Source of the DNA: Dicyema japonicum | Taxonomy: Eukaryota; Animalia; Dicyemida | DNA length: 64,000 bases | NCBI GenBank assembly: GCA_011109175.1 | Contig: RDEW01000032.1 | Location: 403,334-467,333, forward strand | Direction: 5' to 3' | Shown: positions 49,798 to 61,720 of the stretch, in pieces | Position numbering within the stretch: the first letter of the stretch is position 1 | Layout: each line of letters opens with the position of its first letter | Translations under genes and position numbers: made by a program | Notes under the pieces: model-generated | The model's input: only the letters and a program-made list of their open reading frames with translations | Told to the model about the DNA's origin: nothing | The model's database searches: none

Positions 49798-51720
49798 CTT
49801 CCACAGCTTGATCTCTATCACCAATAGTTTGTCCAACCATTTTCAATATTAGAGTCATTTCCTTATTATCGAATAAATTAGTTAATTTAATTCCCTCTAG
49901 CACTTCAAGACACTCTATAATTACTATTACATAACATGTTCTTAATTTTGTAAATTTTGATTCAAGTCCTTCCAATAATTAAGTAATAAGCTTAGATGGA
50001 CCAGTAATTGATAATATTTTTTGAAAATAGTGATTTACTCTGTTTACGAACATTCTCTATATATTCAGCAAACTATATATTAATAATACCTTCTCCATTA
50101 AATTTGGAATAAATAAGTATATCTCAGAATTCTTTACTGTTAAATCTGATTAATTAATATTATTTGTAAAAAATCCAATATTTTTATATGAACTGATAAA
50201 TTTGTGTCAAAATACCTCAATGATGTCCATTTAATGGTAATATTCACATTAGACACAATTTCAACACTATATTGAATAAATGACTGATATTAAACAGTAA
50301 ATAACATTAGTAATTGTTTCCAATGCTGATAAATGATGTTTAGAGTCAGAATTAAATAAATTATCAATTAGGGACTGGGAGAATGTATATTCCATAATTG
50401 TTCGAATTGATTAATTGGTTTTGAGTGGGAATTTGAAAATTCCACTTTAACAACTACAATAATACAATTGTAGTACTTTTTACAATTTTCTACAATTTAT
50501 AATAATTATTACTCTTTCACTTGACATTCTAATATGGGGAGTGAGTCTTCCTCTCGCTTGGGTTTTATGATCTATGCCACTTTTTTAGTTGGAGCTTCAG
50601 TTCTCTTTATAAGATTTTTAGATTTCTTTGTTGGTTGAGGAATATCATTGGATGTTGGCTTAATGGCAGGTTTGGCAGTTGATTTGTCATAATAATCTTT
50701 GATCTAGTGATCAGTGAATAAATAACCTTAGCGAGTTTAATATCCTCGATGTCATCCAATAAGGAAATGATTGTTTTCTCTCCATATAATTTTTCATAAG
50801 CAGCAATAATTTCAAACCTGGCTTCTCTGACATCACTTTAGAATGTGACACCAACTACAGATTAGTGATAATAATTACAGTTAATAATGCACTTATCATA
50901 ACTTTTAAGTTCTTTCTAGAAAGTGCAGGGAATGATCTAGCATCATTGAACAAAGTAAAAGTTGTTAAAGTTCAATTCTCATTTTTGGATTCTTTGATTT
51001 TAATAGTCCAAAAATATCATTAAATATATTATCAATATTAACCTGTACTAATATATGATTATAGAAAGAATCACAAGCAGTCCTTAATGCAAAGTAGTTA
51101 CTTTTCTGTCAGAGTCTAGCAAGTCCAGCAAATAAAGACTATAATTAATATAATAATGACAGTCAAATTCTTTTTAAGACCAATACATATTGAATTTAGT
51201 AATTCAACATCTTGAATTACAAGAATGACATTAGCTTCTTTTGCAACAATCTATAATAATAACCTTCTTTAAACAAGTTATGATTGGTTCATAATCATGC
51301 GAAGGATTGAGACGAATAATTGTTTTACCAACAATTCCCCCAAATCTGCCAAGGTTGAATTCTTTTCCTTCCAATTCTTATTCTACATAATAACAAATTA
51401 ACTATTAAAGAAATCACTAGGTGGTTTAGGAATTGAATCCACAAAACATTCAATATCATTATTTAATGTTGCATGCTAACAAACCTTCACAAGTCTGATC
51501 TGATTGGTCAGGTTGAATCTTAACAATCTCAGCACATTGTTTGTGTGATCTAATAAATCTCTTTGGGGAGGGTTTGTCAGATGTAACGAATTGTTTATCT
51601 AATTCTTCCACTTATAAATAAGTGATAATACTAGAGATTGTTTAACCCAGGAAAAGTGAGTTTTAAAAGGGTCTCCCACCCATTTATACATTTCCACAAG
51701 AAATTTATATATAGGTTAAT
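49798..51720 (-). pseudogene. CKAP5: XMAP215/ch-TOG (Msps/CKAP5) fragment with tiny introns, stops and frameshifts; TOG1 end, TOG2, short linker, TOG5
   Basis: In order: EMYKWVGD, PSPKRFIRSHKQ (TOG1 end); PSDFFN|NKNWKEK, IVAKEANVILV, SKNPKMR, DVREARFE, DIKLAK|IKDY (TOG2); LKWNFQIP, NLFNSDSKHHLSAL, IKWTSLRYFDTN, EGLESK...ECLE and IGDRDQAV (TOG5). It has about ten 13-24 nt GT-AG blocks, and in-frame TAA/TAG plus homopolymer frameshifts. Confidence 0.88.
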
Positions 51721-53399
51721 TCCAAATATTTTTATTATTAATAATGGTTATTGAATTAATGGACCTAAAAATAATATATCATTTTTTCACCATCGAACCA
51801 AAATAAATTTAAAAAACTAGTAGTTAAAAAACAACGGATTTCTAAAATCTAGAACGCATTCTCCTGACGATCTGCAAGGAATAAATCAATTGGTTATTCA
51901 TGGATGATGAAATTTCAAAATTGGAGACAGAAAAAAAGATTGAAAACCACTGTTTTAGAAGCATCTTCGGTTCTGAATTAGGGGAGTGTTGTTTATAAGC
52001 AGGGTTGTTTTTTAAATAAACTGATGACTTCAAATAGTGAAAATAATTGTAGACGACTTAATTGGAGAAAAACTGAGGAGATTAATTTCCATATATGAGA
52101 AAATAGTATATTCTTCGATTAGTGTCGAAACCACGTGGAATAAATTTTTTGTCGATAACAATTAGACTATTTATGAAAAACTTAACAATGTAAAGTCATT
52201 GAGAATACGTTATGTCTCATACAATTAAGAATCACATTTCTCCATTATAGTTAATAAAAGTGTACTTCTTAGATCTATGGTCTGTTTCATTATGGTCATT
52301 AAATCGTATTATGATAGGATAGCATAGAAAACGTCCCAATTTACAAGTAATATTAATATAATCCAGCTTGAGAAGACATTTAAGAATCGAGCCGCGTGGC
52401 GCTATGTGGTGCTGCGTGGTTAATTTGTTGAAGTTTTCCGCTTGCTTGTCTGTTTCTCCTCTCTTTTCCTATTAGAGTGGCTTCATGTGAATTTAAAAAT
52501 ATTAAATAAATAATAAAACATTTTTTTTTTAATAATATTGCTAATTTAATTTAATCTGGCAAATTATTGAGTAATTTCAAAATGACTCTTGCCGACGTGT
52601 AATTAAAGGTTTATGGCTTTAATTACACATAGCTTTTCAATTACATCAAGGACATATCAAATGGAGTCGTTCAAGAATGTGATAATGTCATAAATAAAGT
52701 CAATCATCTCAATCAGCAGACACAAGTACATGAATATTAACGAAAGATTGTTGACGTGTAGCTATATAACGCTGTTAATCAGCTAGATATTCTCTCAGAT
52801 TATAATTTCATCGAAAACGCACAGTTCTTGTTATTTCAGAGGGTTGAGGAGATTGAGAACTCCACTGTCTCTCAAGCCGAATATCCACCCGTACCTCCGT
52901 TCCTTATGTTCTAGGAAACAACAGAAATCGACGGTTTCGACAGACTCGGCTATTCTTGCAGTTCGCAATGCATGCAGTGGACCAGTCCTACGTTAAACTT
53001 GACCTGAATCTCTCTGTATGAAGGAGGATTTCACGGAGGACTCTTAGGATGAGATGGACGTCACCAATGCCTATGGTAATCTGGATGTATACACAACTCG
53101 ACCTTTCCGTTCGTAATTGGGACCGATGACTTTGAAAATGACTACTTTATGGTGTTTCCAACTACAACGACAATTCTAAGGAATTGGATCAATATGAATC
53201 AGTTTTTGTTCATTTAGCTGATAAAAATGCGGTTAACTTCAACGCATCAAGATCTCTGGTTGACATGTGGCTTTATCCTAGTCTTTATCCCTGGATAGAC
53301 TGATTGAGGACCAAATCTACGAGTCCAGAAAGGTTTCCGTTTATAGTCTATGTTTTGAAAACGGAATGCCTCACAGATTAGCGGAAAAACAAGGTAATT

Positions 53400-53800
53400 T
53401 TTGACGTCCAGCCTTTCACGGAGAGAATTGACTTTTGTATGCATGGGCTATACGTGATTTTTTTTCCACAGAGTTTCAATGACTCATAACCAGACTTCTG
53501 ATGGAATTAATCATCCAATGAGCAAATCAACAACATTCCAGAATTTGAAATAAAAATTGTGACTGATCGAGTCAAATGCTTTGTTTCACTACCAGAGAAG
53601 AACGTTTAGAGTTATCAAGTCATCGACTCTTAGAAAGTTAATGTTCCACAACAACTCCTCTGAAATACGCAAACTCCACACAACTCCCTTCGTGGTTCAA
53701 GTAGAAGTGCTTCAGGAAAATAAACTCAAAATTGTGACCGATGACTTTAATGGCGTTTTCTTTAATTGCGGATAACTCATGCAGGGAAGAAGAGGAAATT
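53400..53800 (-). mobile_element. Possible L1/Tx1-like RT remnant
   Basis: KAFDSISH.F motif at ~53580-53545; the rest is degraded. Confidence 0.3.
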
Positions 53801-55489
53801 ATCATTGATCCGTTTTGATGTCATGAATTGACTTAGATAGTGGAGAAGCGTATAGTATTTATTTTGAGTGTTTTTGAGATGATCTTTAGAACTGTCATTC
53901 TCCCAGTCCTGCGGCCACAGCTTTTCGGCATTTCTCGCAAAAGATCGTCCTGGGTAGAATATTACTCTCATTATGTTCTGCGTGATATTTAGGAAATGTT
54001 TAGCTTTGTGTTGTTTTACATGTAGAAGGACTTCGCTGAGATACTTTGAGTTGTAATTGAGCAGACCAATTTGATTAGAGTGTCCAACTACCTATTTGCT
54101 GCTAGATGATCATTGGCAGTGAGGACTATACCATCAGGGAAACCAGGATTATATTTTTGTCAGTAGATCGTGTCATCTCATGTTGCATGGATAGAAAGAT
54201 GACGAGGAAAGCGGAGAACCTTGGGGTATTTATTATTCAGAGAGGTGTCTTCACTAAATCGCATGACGTTCTTGTGAATCGATGTGTTGAAGGTATAGTT
54301 ATCAGTCCTAGATTCGAGGACCATCTGCTTTTGTTCCATGATGGAATCAAAATATCTTGAGTTATTGATTTATAGACTTCCGGAAGACATGATCCAACTA
54401 TTGGATCCTTTTTCTTAATTTTTTAGATCTTTGTGGTCTTGGAAAAGTTTTTGAAATGCAGAGGCATTTAATTTGATTGGAATATTTGAATGAGATAGAT
54501 CCATTTTGAAATTCAACAGTTGATCTCTTGAGAGACTTATTTTGTGTTCCCAAACTATTTCATTTAAGGATTTCAAATGAGAAGTCAAAAGGGTTATCAA
54601 TATGTCGCGTGGGAACTATTTGGATACTCAGGTTGATATTTAAAAATGTTGCCTTTCTTATCATTGGATTGTCACAGGAACTATACGGGATGATTAGCAT
54701 TAAAGTCTTTGCAAATGAACAGGTAAGGTAAGAAATATCAAATTGATGTCTTACTAAGTTTAGGATCGTGCTATTAACCTCTCTTAAATTCAGTTGAAAG
54801 ATTGGGCATGAGTTTTCACTTATATCATTGACATAGGCTCTCTTTATCATCACTCCATTTTAAAGGTTAGGGAAAGTACGTCAACACATCTGTGACACAC
54901 GTGACATTAAAATTTATTTAATAGCCACGGATATACTGGAATAAGTTAAGAGCTAATCAACGTCAATTAAAGTTTATCCAGTTTTCCTGATCGAACTAAG
55001 AAGTATCCTTTCCAAGCATCACGTTCATCCATATTCCACATCTGATGGGGTATGGAGGAAAGTGATCATTTTTTGGATGTCTAGAGGCACAAGACGTCTC
55101 CTAGACAGATGGGTGACATTACGCCTCTTAAGGCTCAGAATGAAGGGCAATCCTCAATTTCTTAACAATTAATATTTTTTGCATTTTCCTGATATTTATT
55201 GTCACCGTCCGTACGTGGAACTCCGCCATACGTGGAACTCTACAAGAATCAATCAAAATAAAAATTAGTTCTCTGAATAATTCAGATTTTTCTGAGTTTA
55301 ATAATGTAATTTTTAGTTAAAGTCGTTAATATTTAAACACATAAAGTAGCAAAAAAACAGTCACTATGAATATAGGTGTCATTAATGATATTTTATTATT
55401 CTTAATAATAACAAAAACTTTTTAAATTTAATAAAAAAAATTATTTTATTTCTGCACGTTGTTTTAAGCTTCAAGTTGAACATTGATGA

Positions 55490-56000
55490 GTTGAGTCAAA
55501 TAATCGAATATCTTGAAAATGGATAATCTTGATGCGTCGCTTTCAAGAAAGAGTATATTTTTGGAATACCAAGAGCACCATGGGTTTAAGGTCAGTTGAG
55601 AAGTATCATTTATAAAATAATGTAATAGGTTAAATCAATCTCCTAAAAAATAGTTATCATCTGTTTCTTCGCTGAAGGAATTCTGGGAAAATATCAATGC
55701 AGTCTGGGAGATATTGTATTTATCTACAATATTACCAATCATGAGACCACCATGCATGTCCATTCAAGATTTTTAATGGAGTTGATTGTCCGCCCCAAAT
55801 ATCTGATGAATGTTAAATAGATTACTACAGTATGAAGAAGATGAAGACTTATCTTTGTAGCGGGATTTTGCACGAAGGCATACTTTGGTAGCTGCAGAAA
55901 AAATGCAAAAGAAAAGAAGATGGAAAATGACGAAAGAATCGTTGAATGTAGAAAGCAGAGTCATTCTACGAAATGGACTGTGATTACAATCAAACAACGA
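55490..56000 (+). mobile_element. Integrase remnant (Gypsy/Ginger-like)
   Basis: ILKMDN, GIPRAPWV.GQ, DIVFIYNITNHETT..PFKIFNG and AAEKMQK in the expected order. Confidence 0.45.
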
Positions 56001-56189
56001 ATAGTGATCCATTATATGAGCAATTTGACACTACAGGTTATCTAGTAGTGGATATAAAAGGAATTATGGTCCACATAGATGGTGGCAACTCTGAAATAAT
56101 GATAGTCCACCATAGCCAAGTTAAAGATTATTTTAATTGATTTTCCATTCAAGAAATATTTTTTAATCATTTTGGCTTAATGTGGAGAT

Positions 56190-56455
56190 TAGATTTAGTT
56201 GTTGATTAGGAATGAGATTAGGTATTGATTATGGTTTGATGTTGAAAATTGCTTTAGGGATGAGATCACACTTAGGTATTTTTATGAAAGGATTTGAATT
56301 CGCCAACGTTATGGTTAGAATTAGACTTGGATAGTCAAGGGATAGGGTTTATGAAATTTTTAGGTTTATGAAAAAAAATTACAGTTTAAAGTTAGGGTTT
56401 ATATTTAGGGATAAGGGTTAGGCTTAGGCATTAAAGTAAGGGAATAGGGGTTTGG
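56190..56455 (+). repeat. Degenerate TTAGGG-like G-strand-biased simple repeat
   Basis: ttagggtttatatttagggataagggttaggcttaggc and many other ttagg/taggg variants, with very few C on the + strand. Confidence 0.55.
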
Positions 56456-56459
56456 GATC

Positions 56460-56590
56460 AGTACTCTCTATCTGAGACCTCAACTTGGCTCGATGCTTCT
56501 CCCTCGGCCCTCCGATGGTCCCATCATCCAGGAACCACACAAACAAGTATCGGCCGAATGATTGGAATCTATGTAGTCACGACGGCGCCT
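56460..56590 (-). mobile_element. CRE-type RT catalytic snippet (related copy at 62183-62285)
   Basis: TGG TTC CTG GAT GAT GGG ACC ATC GGA GGG encodes WFLDDGTIGG. The 62183 copy shares the flanks but lacks this core. Confidence 0.6.
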
Positions 56591-56599
56591 TCCACATTG

Positions 56600-56900
56600 G
56601 GAGAGAAAGACACTTGAATGTCAAAAGTCACTCCAAGGATTCTTTGAGATCTACTAAAATGGATAACTCCATGATTTGCATTCTGATCAACCATCCGTCT
56701 TTCCAGTCTCTTGCATGATGTAAATAGAGTTGTCGGGGATTTCTCACTGCTGGTAGCTGGAGATTCTTCGATAGCCTTTAGACGATACTGTCCAGATTTT
56801 GTGCAATATCGAAGTAGTCTGGATGTACTGATCACGTTACGTAAAAAACAATGTCGTTGGCATAAGTCAGAAAAATATCATTTTCTAGGTCCGGTGTAAG
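56600..56900 (-). mobile_element. LINE RT thumb remnant
   Basis: RILGVTFDIQVSFSPNV in ORF 56569-56835. Confidence 0.5.
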
Positions 56901-56972
56901 GGTGATCCTCCATGAATAGATTGAATAGTAATGGAGACAAAGGGATTTTTGAAATATCTTCCTCTGAATGAT

Positions 56973-59900
56973 TTATTATTATTTATTATTATTTAAAGCA
57001 CTCCCGAGAAGTCATAAAATTAATCAAGCCTCCCTTGTGCCGTATTTCTAGCCATCCTCTCTATCAGCCTTTTCCAGGACCCTCTACTTCGTGCCAGTTC
57101 CCTTAAGGTATCTAGGTCGTCTGCGGAAGTGAGCTTCAGTCCCACAGCCGACAGGTCTCCATTCAAAATAGTTGGGAGTGTGACTCTTGGTCTTCCACGG
57201 AAACCGGCTCCCGTATGCATTAGGTAGTTTTCCATGGCGATATTCGCGGGTACTTGAGCATTTAGACGTAAGATATGTCCAAAGAGACTCCATCTTGATC
57301 TGAAGATCTCCTCGGATAGTATACCAGATTTGCACTTCGAGTAGAGGTCATTGTTTGAGATCTTCTTAGGCCACTTGATCTTGATTACTGATTTCAATTG
57401 TGTCCTGTGGAAAGCGTCAAGACGGTCCATCTCTTGTTTAGAGATTCCCCAAGTGCCTGAATTGTAGGTCAGGACGGGGATGACAAAAGCCTTATATATT
57501 CTGAGTTTGGTGTTTAATCCCATCCTCTTCTTATGACCCCACATATTCGATACTTTCTTTAGTGCACACATTGCGAGGATTTTCCTCCGAGAAACATCTT
57601 CTGAGTCCCCGAGAAGCGAACCCACCTTCTTTTGCTTTCTCCAAGACTCGTCCGATCTTCGATCATTGCGTGTAAGTGTTGTGAACTCTGTTTTATCGGT
57701 GTTAACGGTTAAGAACCATTTCGAGAATACGTGTGGAAGAACGTTAAGCATGTGTTGAAGTACTTGAATATCCTCAGAAACAAAGTCCAGGTCGTCCGCG
57801 TAGATTATCTCGTTATAATTGTTGCCAACCAGGGGTCTGAACTCTCTTAGTGCGGCCTCAAGGTAGACAATAAAGAGGACCGGGGATAGTGAGTCCCCCT
57901 GTGGAACTCCACGTGAGGTCGAAAAAAAGTTAGAGGTAGAGTCACCAATTTTGACGGCAAGTTGAGTGTTCCGCATGAGTAAGTGTATTATTTTGACATC
58001 GTCAGGCAGTAGAAAACTCTCCAACACTTCCATAAGTTTTCCACGGTCCACCGAGTCGAACGCACGGGACATGTCGATACCAAGTATCTCAATAGATTTT
58101 TTGTATTTTTGGCACAGGGCACAATACCACCTGTGCCCCCATACCACGTCAGCCGTGGACCTGCCCGTCCGGAATCCACTTTGGCCGTCCGAAAGAAATA
58201 TGTTCACCCTCTCCTTTATTCGGTTTAAAGCAATGAGGGATAATGTTTTTCGTATGGAGGTTAGGAGTATAATAGGTCTGAAGTTGTGAGGGGGGCCTTT
58301 ACTTTTTCCCGGTTTTTGTAGTGGAATTAGCCACCCTTTTCCCAGTTCCAGTTCATCTGCACCCTCGAGAGACCGGTTGAAAATGTTAGTAATCATTTCA
58401 ATTAGCTCCTCCGGGCCGTATTGTAAAAGTTCTGCAGTAATGAAGTCTGGTCCGGCAGATCTTCCGGTATTTAATTTTTTAATAGCTTGTTGAGTTTCGG
58501 ATATGGTAATAGGGCTAGTTAGAGTGTACTTGTAAGACTTCCGAGATTTCATTGCTTGGTCAGCCGCGTCCTGTTTGTTGAACATAAGGTCAAAATGGGA
58601 TGCCAGAACGTTTGCTTTGTTAATGGTCCCGATAACGTCGTGACCAAGGTTGTCATGGACAGTTAACGAAATTGGACAGTTTTCTCTGCTAAGAAGCCGG
58701 ATTGCTTTGAACATTCTTGGTCCGTTCTTGTACTTTAATATGTCTGAGATTTTCTCCTCAGCTTCATTTTTGGCAAGGAATCTTTGTATTTGTTTGATCT
58801 TCGTTAAGACTCTCCCTCTCTGGGTGCGCAGTACTTTGATATCTTCCGGAGCGTTTGTGTTTTCCATCCGGAGTCTGAGCTCTTTCTGTGTTACAGAGAG
58901 TTGTCCGATATCCGGATTACATTGTTTGTGACGAGATTTGGTGATGTGACCAAGCACACTAAAGGCTGTGTTTTGGATAGCAACCACTATTTCATCCCAT
59001 AAGCTGTTTGTCGGCTGATTTTGGTTAATACTGTTGATGCTATCTCTCAGAACTGCACTATAACGACATTTGGTGGATTCTTCGTAGCGTAACCTCTCAG
59101 TGTCGAAACGTACTGAGGTAAGGCCTTTGTGTTTCCCGTGTATTCCATGGATTCTTTTAAGTACTAGCCGGGCGACCACAAGTTTATGATCGCTACTTGT
59201 TTCAAGTCCACCGTAAGATCTCGAGTCCTGTAGGAGGGCCTTCTGATGTTGCTTGCAGATAATATAGTCGATCTGATTGTATATATTGACTGTGTTTCCA
59301 GATTTGCCTTTTCTGGTACCAACCCACGTGGTCCTGTGTCTTGCCGGGTGCTTGAAACAAGTGTTGCATATGAGTAGGTTGAATGCCGTGCAAAATTGTA
59401 TTAATGCCTCTCCGGGGATGTTACGGCGGTTTCTACCGTGGGATCCAATACACGTTTCACCAGGTCTTGCTTTTCCGGCCCTGGCGTTCCAGTCCCCGGC
59501 GAAAAAAGAAAGTAAGAGGATGAAAGTGAGTTGTACACACTTGTGAGAGTAGAGTAAAACGTATCCAGTTCTTCGATATTCGTTGATACACGTGCTCCGG
59601 TTGGGGCATATACATTTATGATGGAGATCACTGAGTTGAGTTTGTTTCCGCATTTGATTTGTAACACCGCGACACGGTCAGATACTGCCCATACTCTTGA
59701 GACACAGTGAAACAAGTGCCGATGAACAGCAAATCCGAGCCCATAGTGCCTGCAGTCTGGTGTGAGGGTCAAAAGGTAAAAATTCTGAAACAGTTCTGCA
59801 GATTGTTCGGTTATTTTCGTCTCTTGCAAACAACAGACAGAGATGTTGTATTTACTCAGATCACGCGCCAATTGTTGTTTCTTGTAGCACTGATTGAGGC

Positions 59901-59990
59901 CTCGGCAGTTGAGGGATCCAAGAGTGAGGGGAGAAACTGGTAAGCAATACGAAGAAGACATAGTGCAAGTAGAGGGACGTCACCACCTCA
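56973..59990 (-). mobile_element. Near-intact RTE-like LINE: single EN-RT ORF (59961-57020) with one frameshift near 59500 and a (TAA)n-type tail
   Basis: EEP motifs LGSLNCRGL, CCLQETKI, INVYAPT, AGDWNA, NQIDYI and SDHKLV. RT motifs FRPIILL, GIDMSRAFDSV, GVPQGDSLSP, YADDLDF and RWSLFGHILRL. Tail ataataataaataataat at 56973-56995. Confidence 0.95.
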
Positions 59991-60129
59991 ACCAAAAAAA
60001 AAAGGTTGAAAGGTAAACATTATAATTTTTATTTATTTATTTTATTCTATATACACTTAATATATTAAAAAATAAATAAATATTTTGATTTTTAAACAAT
60101 TATATTTAAATAAATAAAAAATAAAGAAA

Positions 60130-61010
60130 ATTAATGGTTAGTACTGGCGAAGCTTTGACGAGGACATTTGAAACGAGAATTGATACCCTCAAGTAGATTC
60201 ATTACCCGATTTTGTTTATTATTTATCTGGGGCAGCTCTACGAGACTTGAAGCCTCAAATCGGAGAAAGAACGAGCATAATAGCATATACGGATGACGAA
60301 GACTTTATTTCGATTAACAAAGAAGGGTTAATTGGACTTTTAGAGAAAATGCCTGATAAAATGGCTGAATGGTCATTAAAAGTAAACACAAACAAAACCG
60401 AAATCACGGAGCTAAAAAGTGAGAAAAGGACCGAGGAGCAATGGCGCAGATCAAAAAACTATGACCCTTCGCTCGGTGACACCAAAATATAACACGAAGG
60501 AAGACAATAACTAACGTCACTTTCAACAAAATGAAGAAAACCTGGTTTCTGCACCCTAAAACTCGAATGAGACTATGCAATGCTCTAGTGAGGCCAACCT
60601 TATTATATAATGAAAGTACATGGACATGTAAAAGCAGGAACTCGAAAAGTTGAATTCTATTCACAGAAATCATCTCCGAGCACTCCTTTCTTGGCAAAAC
60701 TTTTTCAAACTGGTGTCCGAAATCATATACAAGAGAACAGAAACTGAGCCGATATCATGTGATATTACTGATTCAAGATGGAGGCTGTTTGGACACATAC
60801 TCCGCCACGATATGGGGACCTCTGCCAACATAGCAATGGAGGAATATTTTATCTTAGAGGCTTCGTGTTTCCGCGGCCGGCAGGGGACAACACTGCCGTG
60901 ATCCTAGATGAAGATCTCAGGAGTAAGGAAAGTGCCTTAAAGATGGGGATGATCTAGATATGCTACGAAACATGGAAACGGATCGAAAAAGATGGGCGAT
61001 GTAATTAGAT
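60130..61010 (+). mobile_element. Degraded RTE-like 3' fragment, head-to-head with the intact copy
   Basis: AALRDL...IIAYTDDEDF...WSLKVNTNKTE and SRWRLFGHILR...ANIAMEEY...FRGR. Confidence 0.85.
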
Positions 61011-61599
61011 TGTTAACTTTTCGTATTGCACATGCTTTGTCATGATCTTGGCATCGCACGTGCCTATAATAAAGAAAATTTATTGATAACGCCTTAATAT
61101 TAGTTTGTTAATAATTTTGATTAGGTATTGCACATCTTTCGTACTGCTTTAAACTATTAGATGTAGCATTCATGTTTTCATTCAATGTTGTAATTATTTG
61201 ATGAAGAAATGGAATTTGTTCACAGTTCAAGCCTACTGTAGGTTTCATTAAGTTCTTGGATTGGTCCAATGTTACATAGTAAGTATATGATTATTATATT
61301 CATTACTACACACACTCTCCATATTCAGTTTGATGCGATTAACATGAATTTAATAAATCTGTAGATTTGCTTCCATCGTGAATATTCTGACTTAAGTGAA
61401 CGGAGCTCACTCTCGCATGCTTGAAATATACTCAAAGTTACCTTGTGAGCTTGTGAGTATGTAAATTTGTGTTAACTATGAGTGAAACCAAGGTTATAAA
61501 TAAAGTCAACATCAATCCGCCAAGGTACGAGTTCTTATACATCGAACGCAACGTGTAAGCATATTTCAAAAATGTAGTCCGTTCGGAATATCAAAAAAT

Positions 61600-61720
61600 G
61601 ATTTTAAAAAGTTTCATAAGTCCTGATAGCTCCGAGTTCGAATCTCGTTGCTGAACACTTTGAATGTGTTCCACACATCTACGATGTTTTGGGTATAACG
61701 AGTGAATGCTTCACTGCCAA
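61600..61720 (+). mobile_element. tRNA-derived SINE copy
   Basis: cgagttcgaatctcgttgctg...cacacatctacgatg...acgagtga is colinear with the reverse complement of 29700-29892. Confidence 0.65.

Noticed and set aside
49798-51720. Alternative genetic code (TAA/TAG read as Gln or Glu), suggested by in-frame TAR codons in ch-TOG
   Set aside because: The 877-codon RT ORF and the spliced ZYG11 gene contain no internal TAR, ZYG11 ends in TAA, and ch-TOG also has frameshifts. Nonsense mutation in a pseudogene is the simpler explanation.
59490-59515. Programmed -1 ribosomal frameshift in the RTE ORF
   Set aside because: TTTTTTC is not in the zero-frame register X XXY YYZ of the upstream ORF, and the shift falls inside the endonuclease domain. 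A homopolymer indel is more likely.
57084-59943. Short plus-strand and alternate-frame ORFs overlapping the RTE element, and most other 60-100 aa track ORFs
   Set aside because: They are shadows of the GC-richer RT coding sequence or chance frames in transposon debris, with no recognisable motifs.
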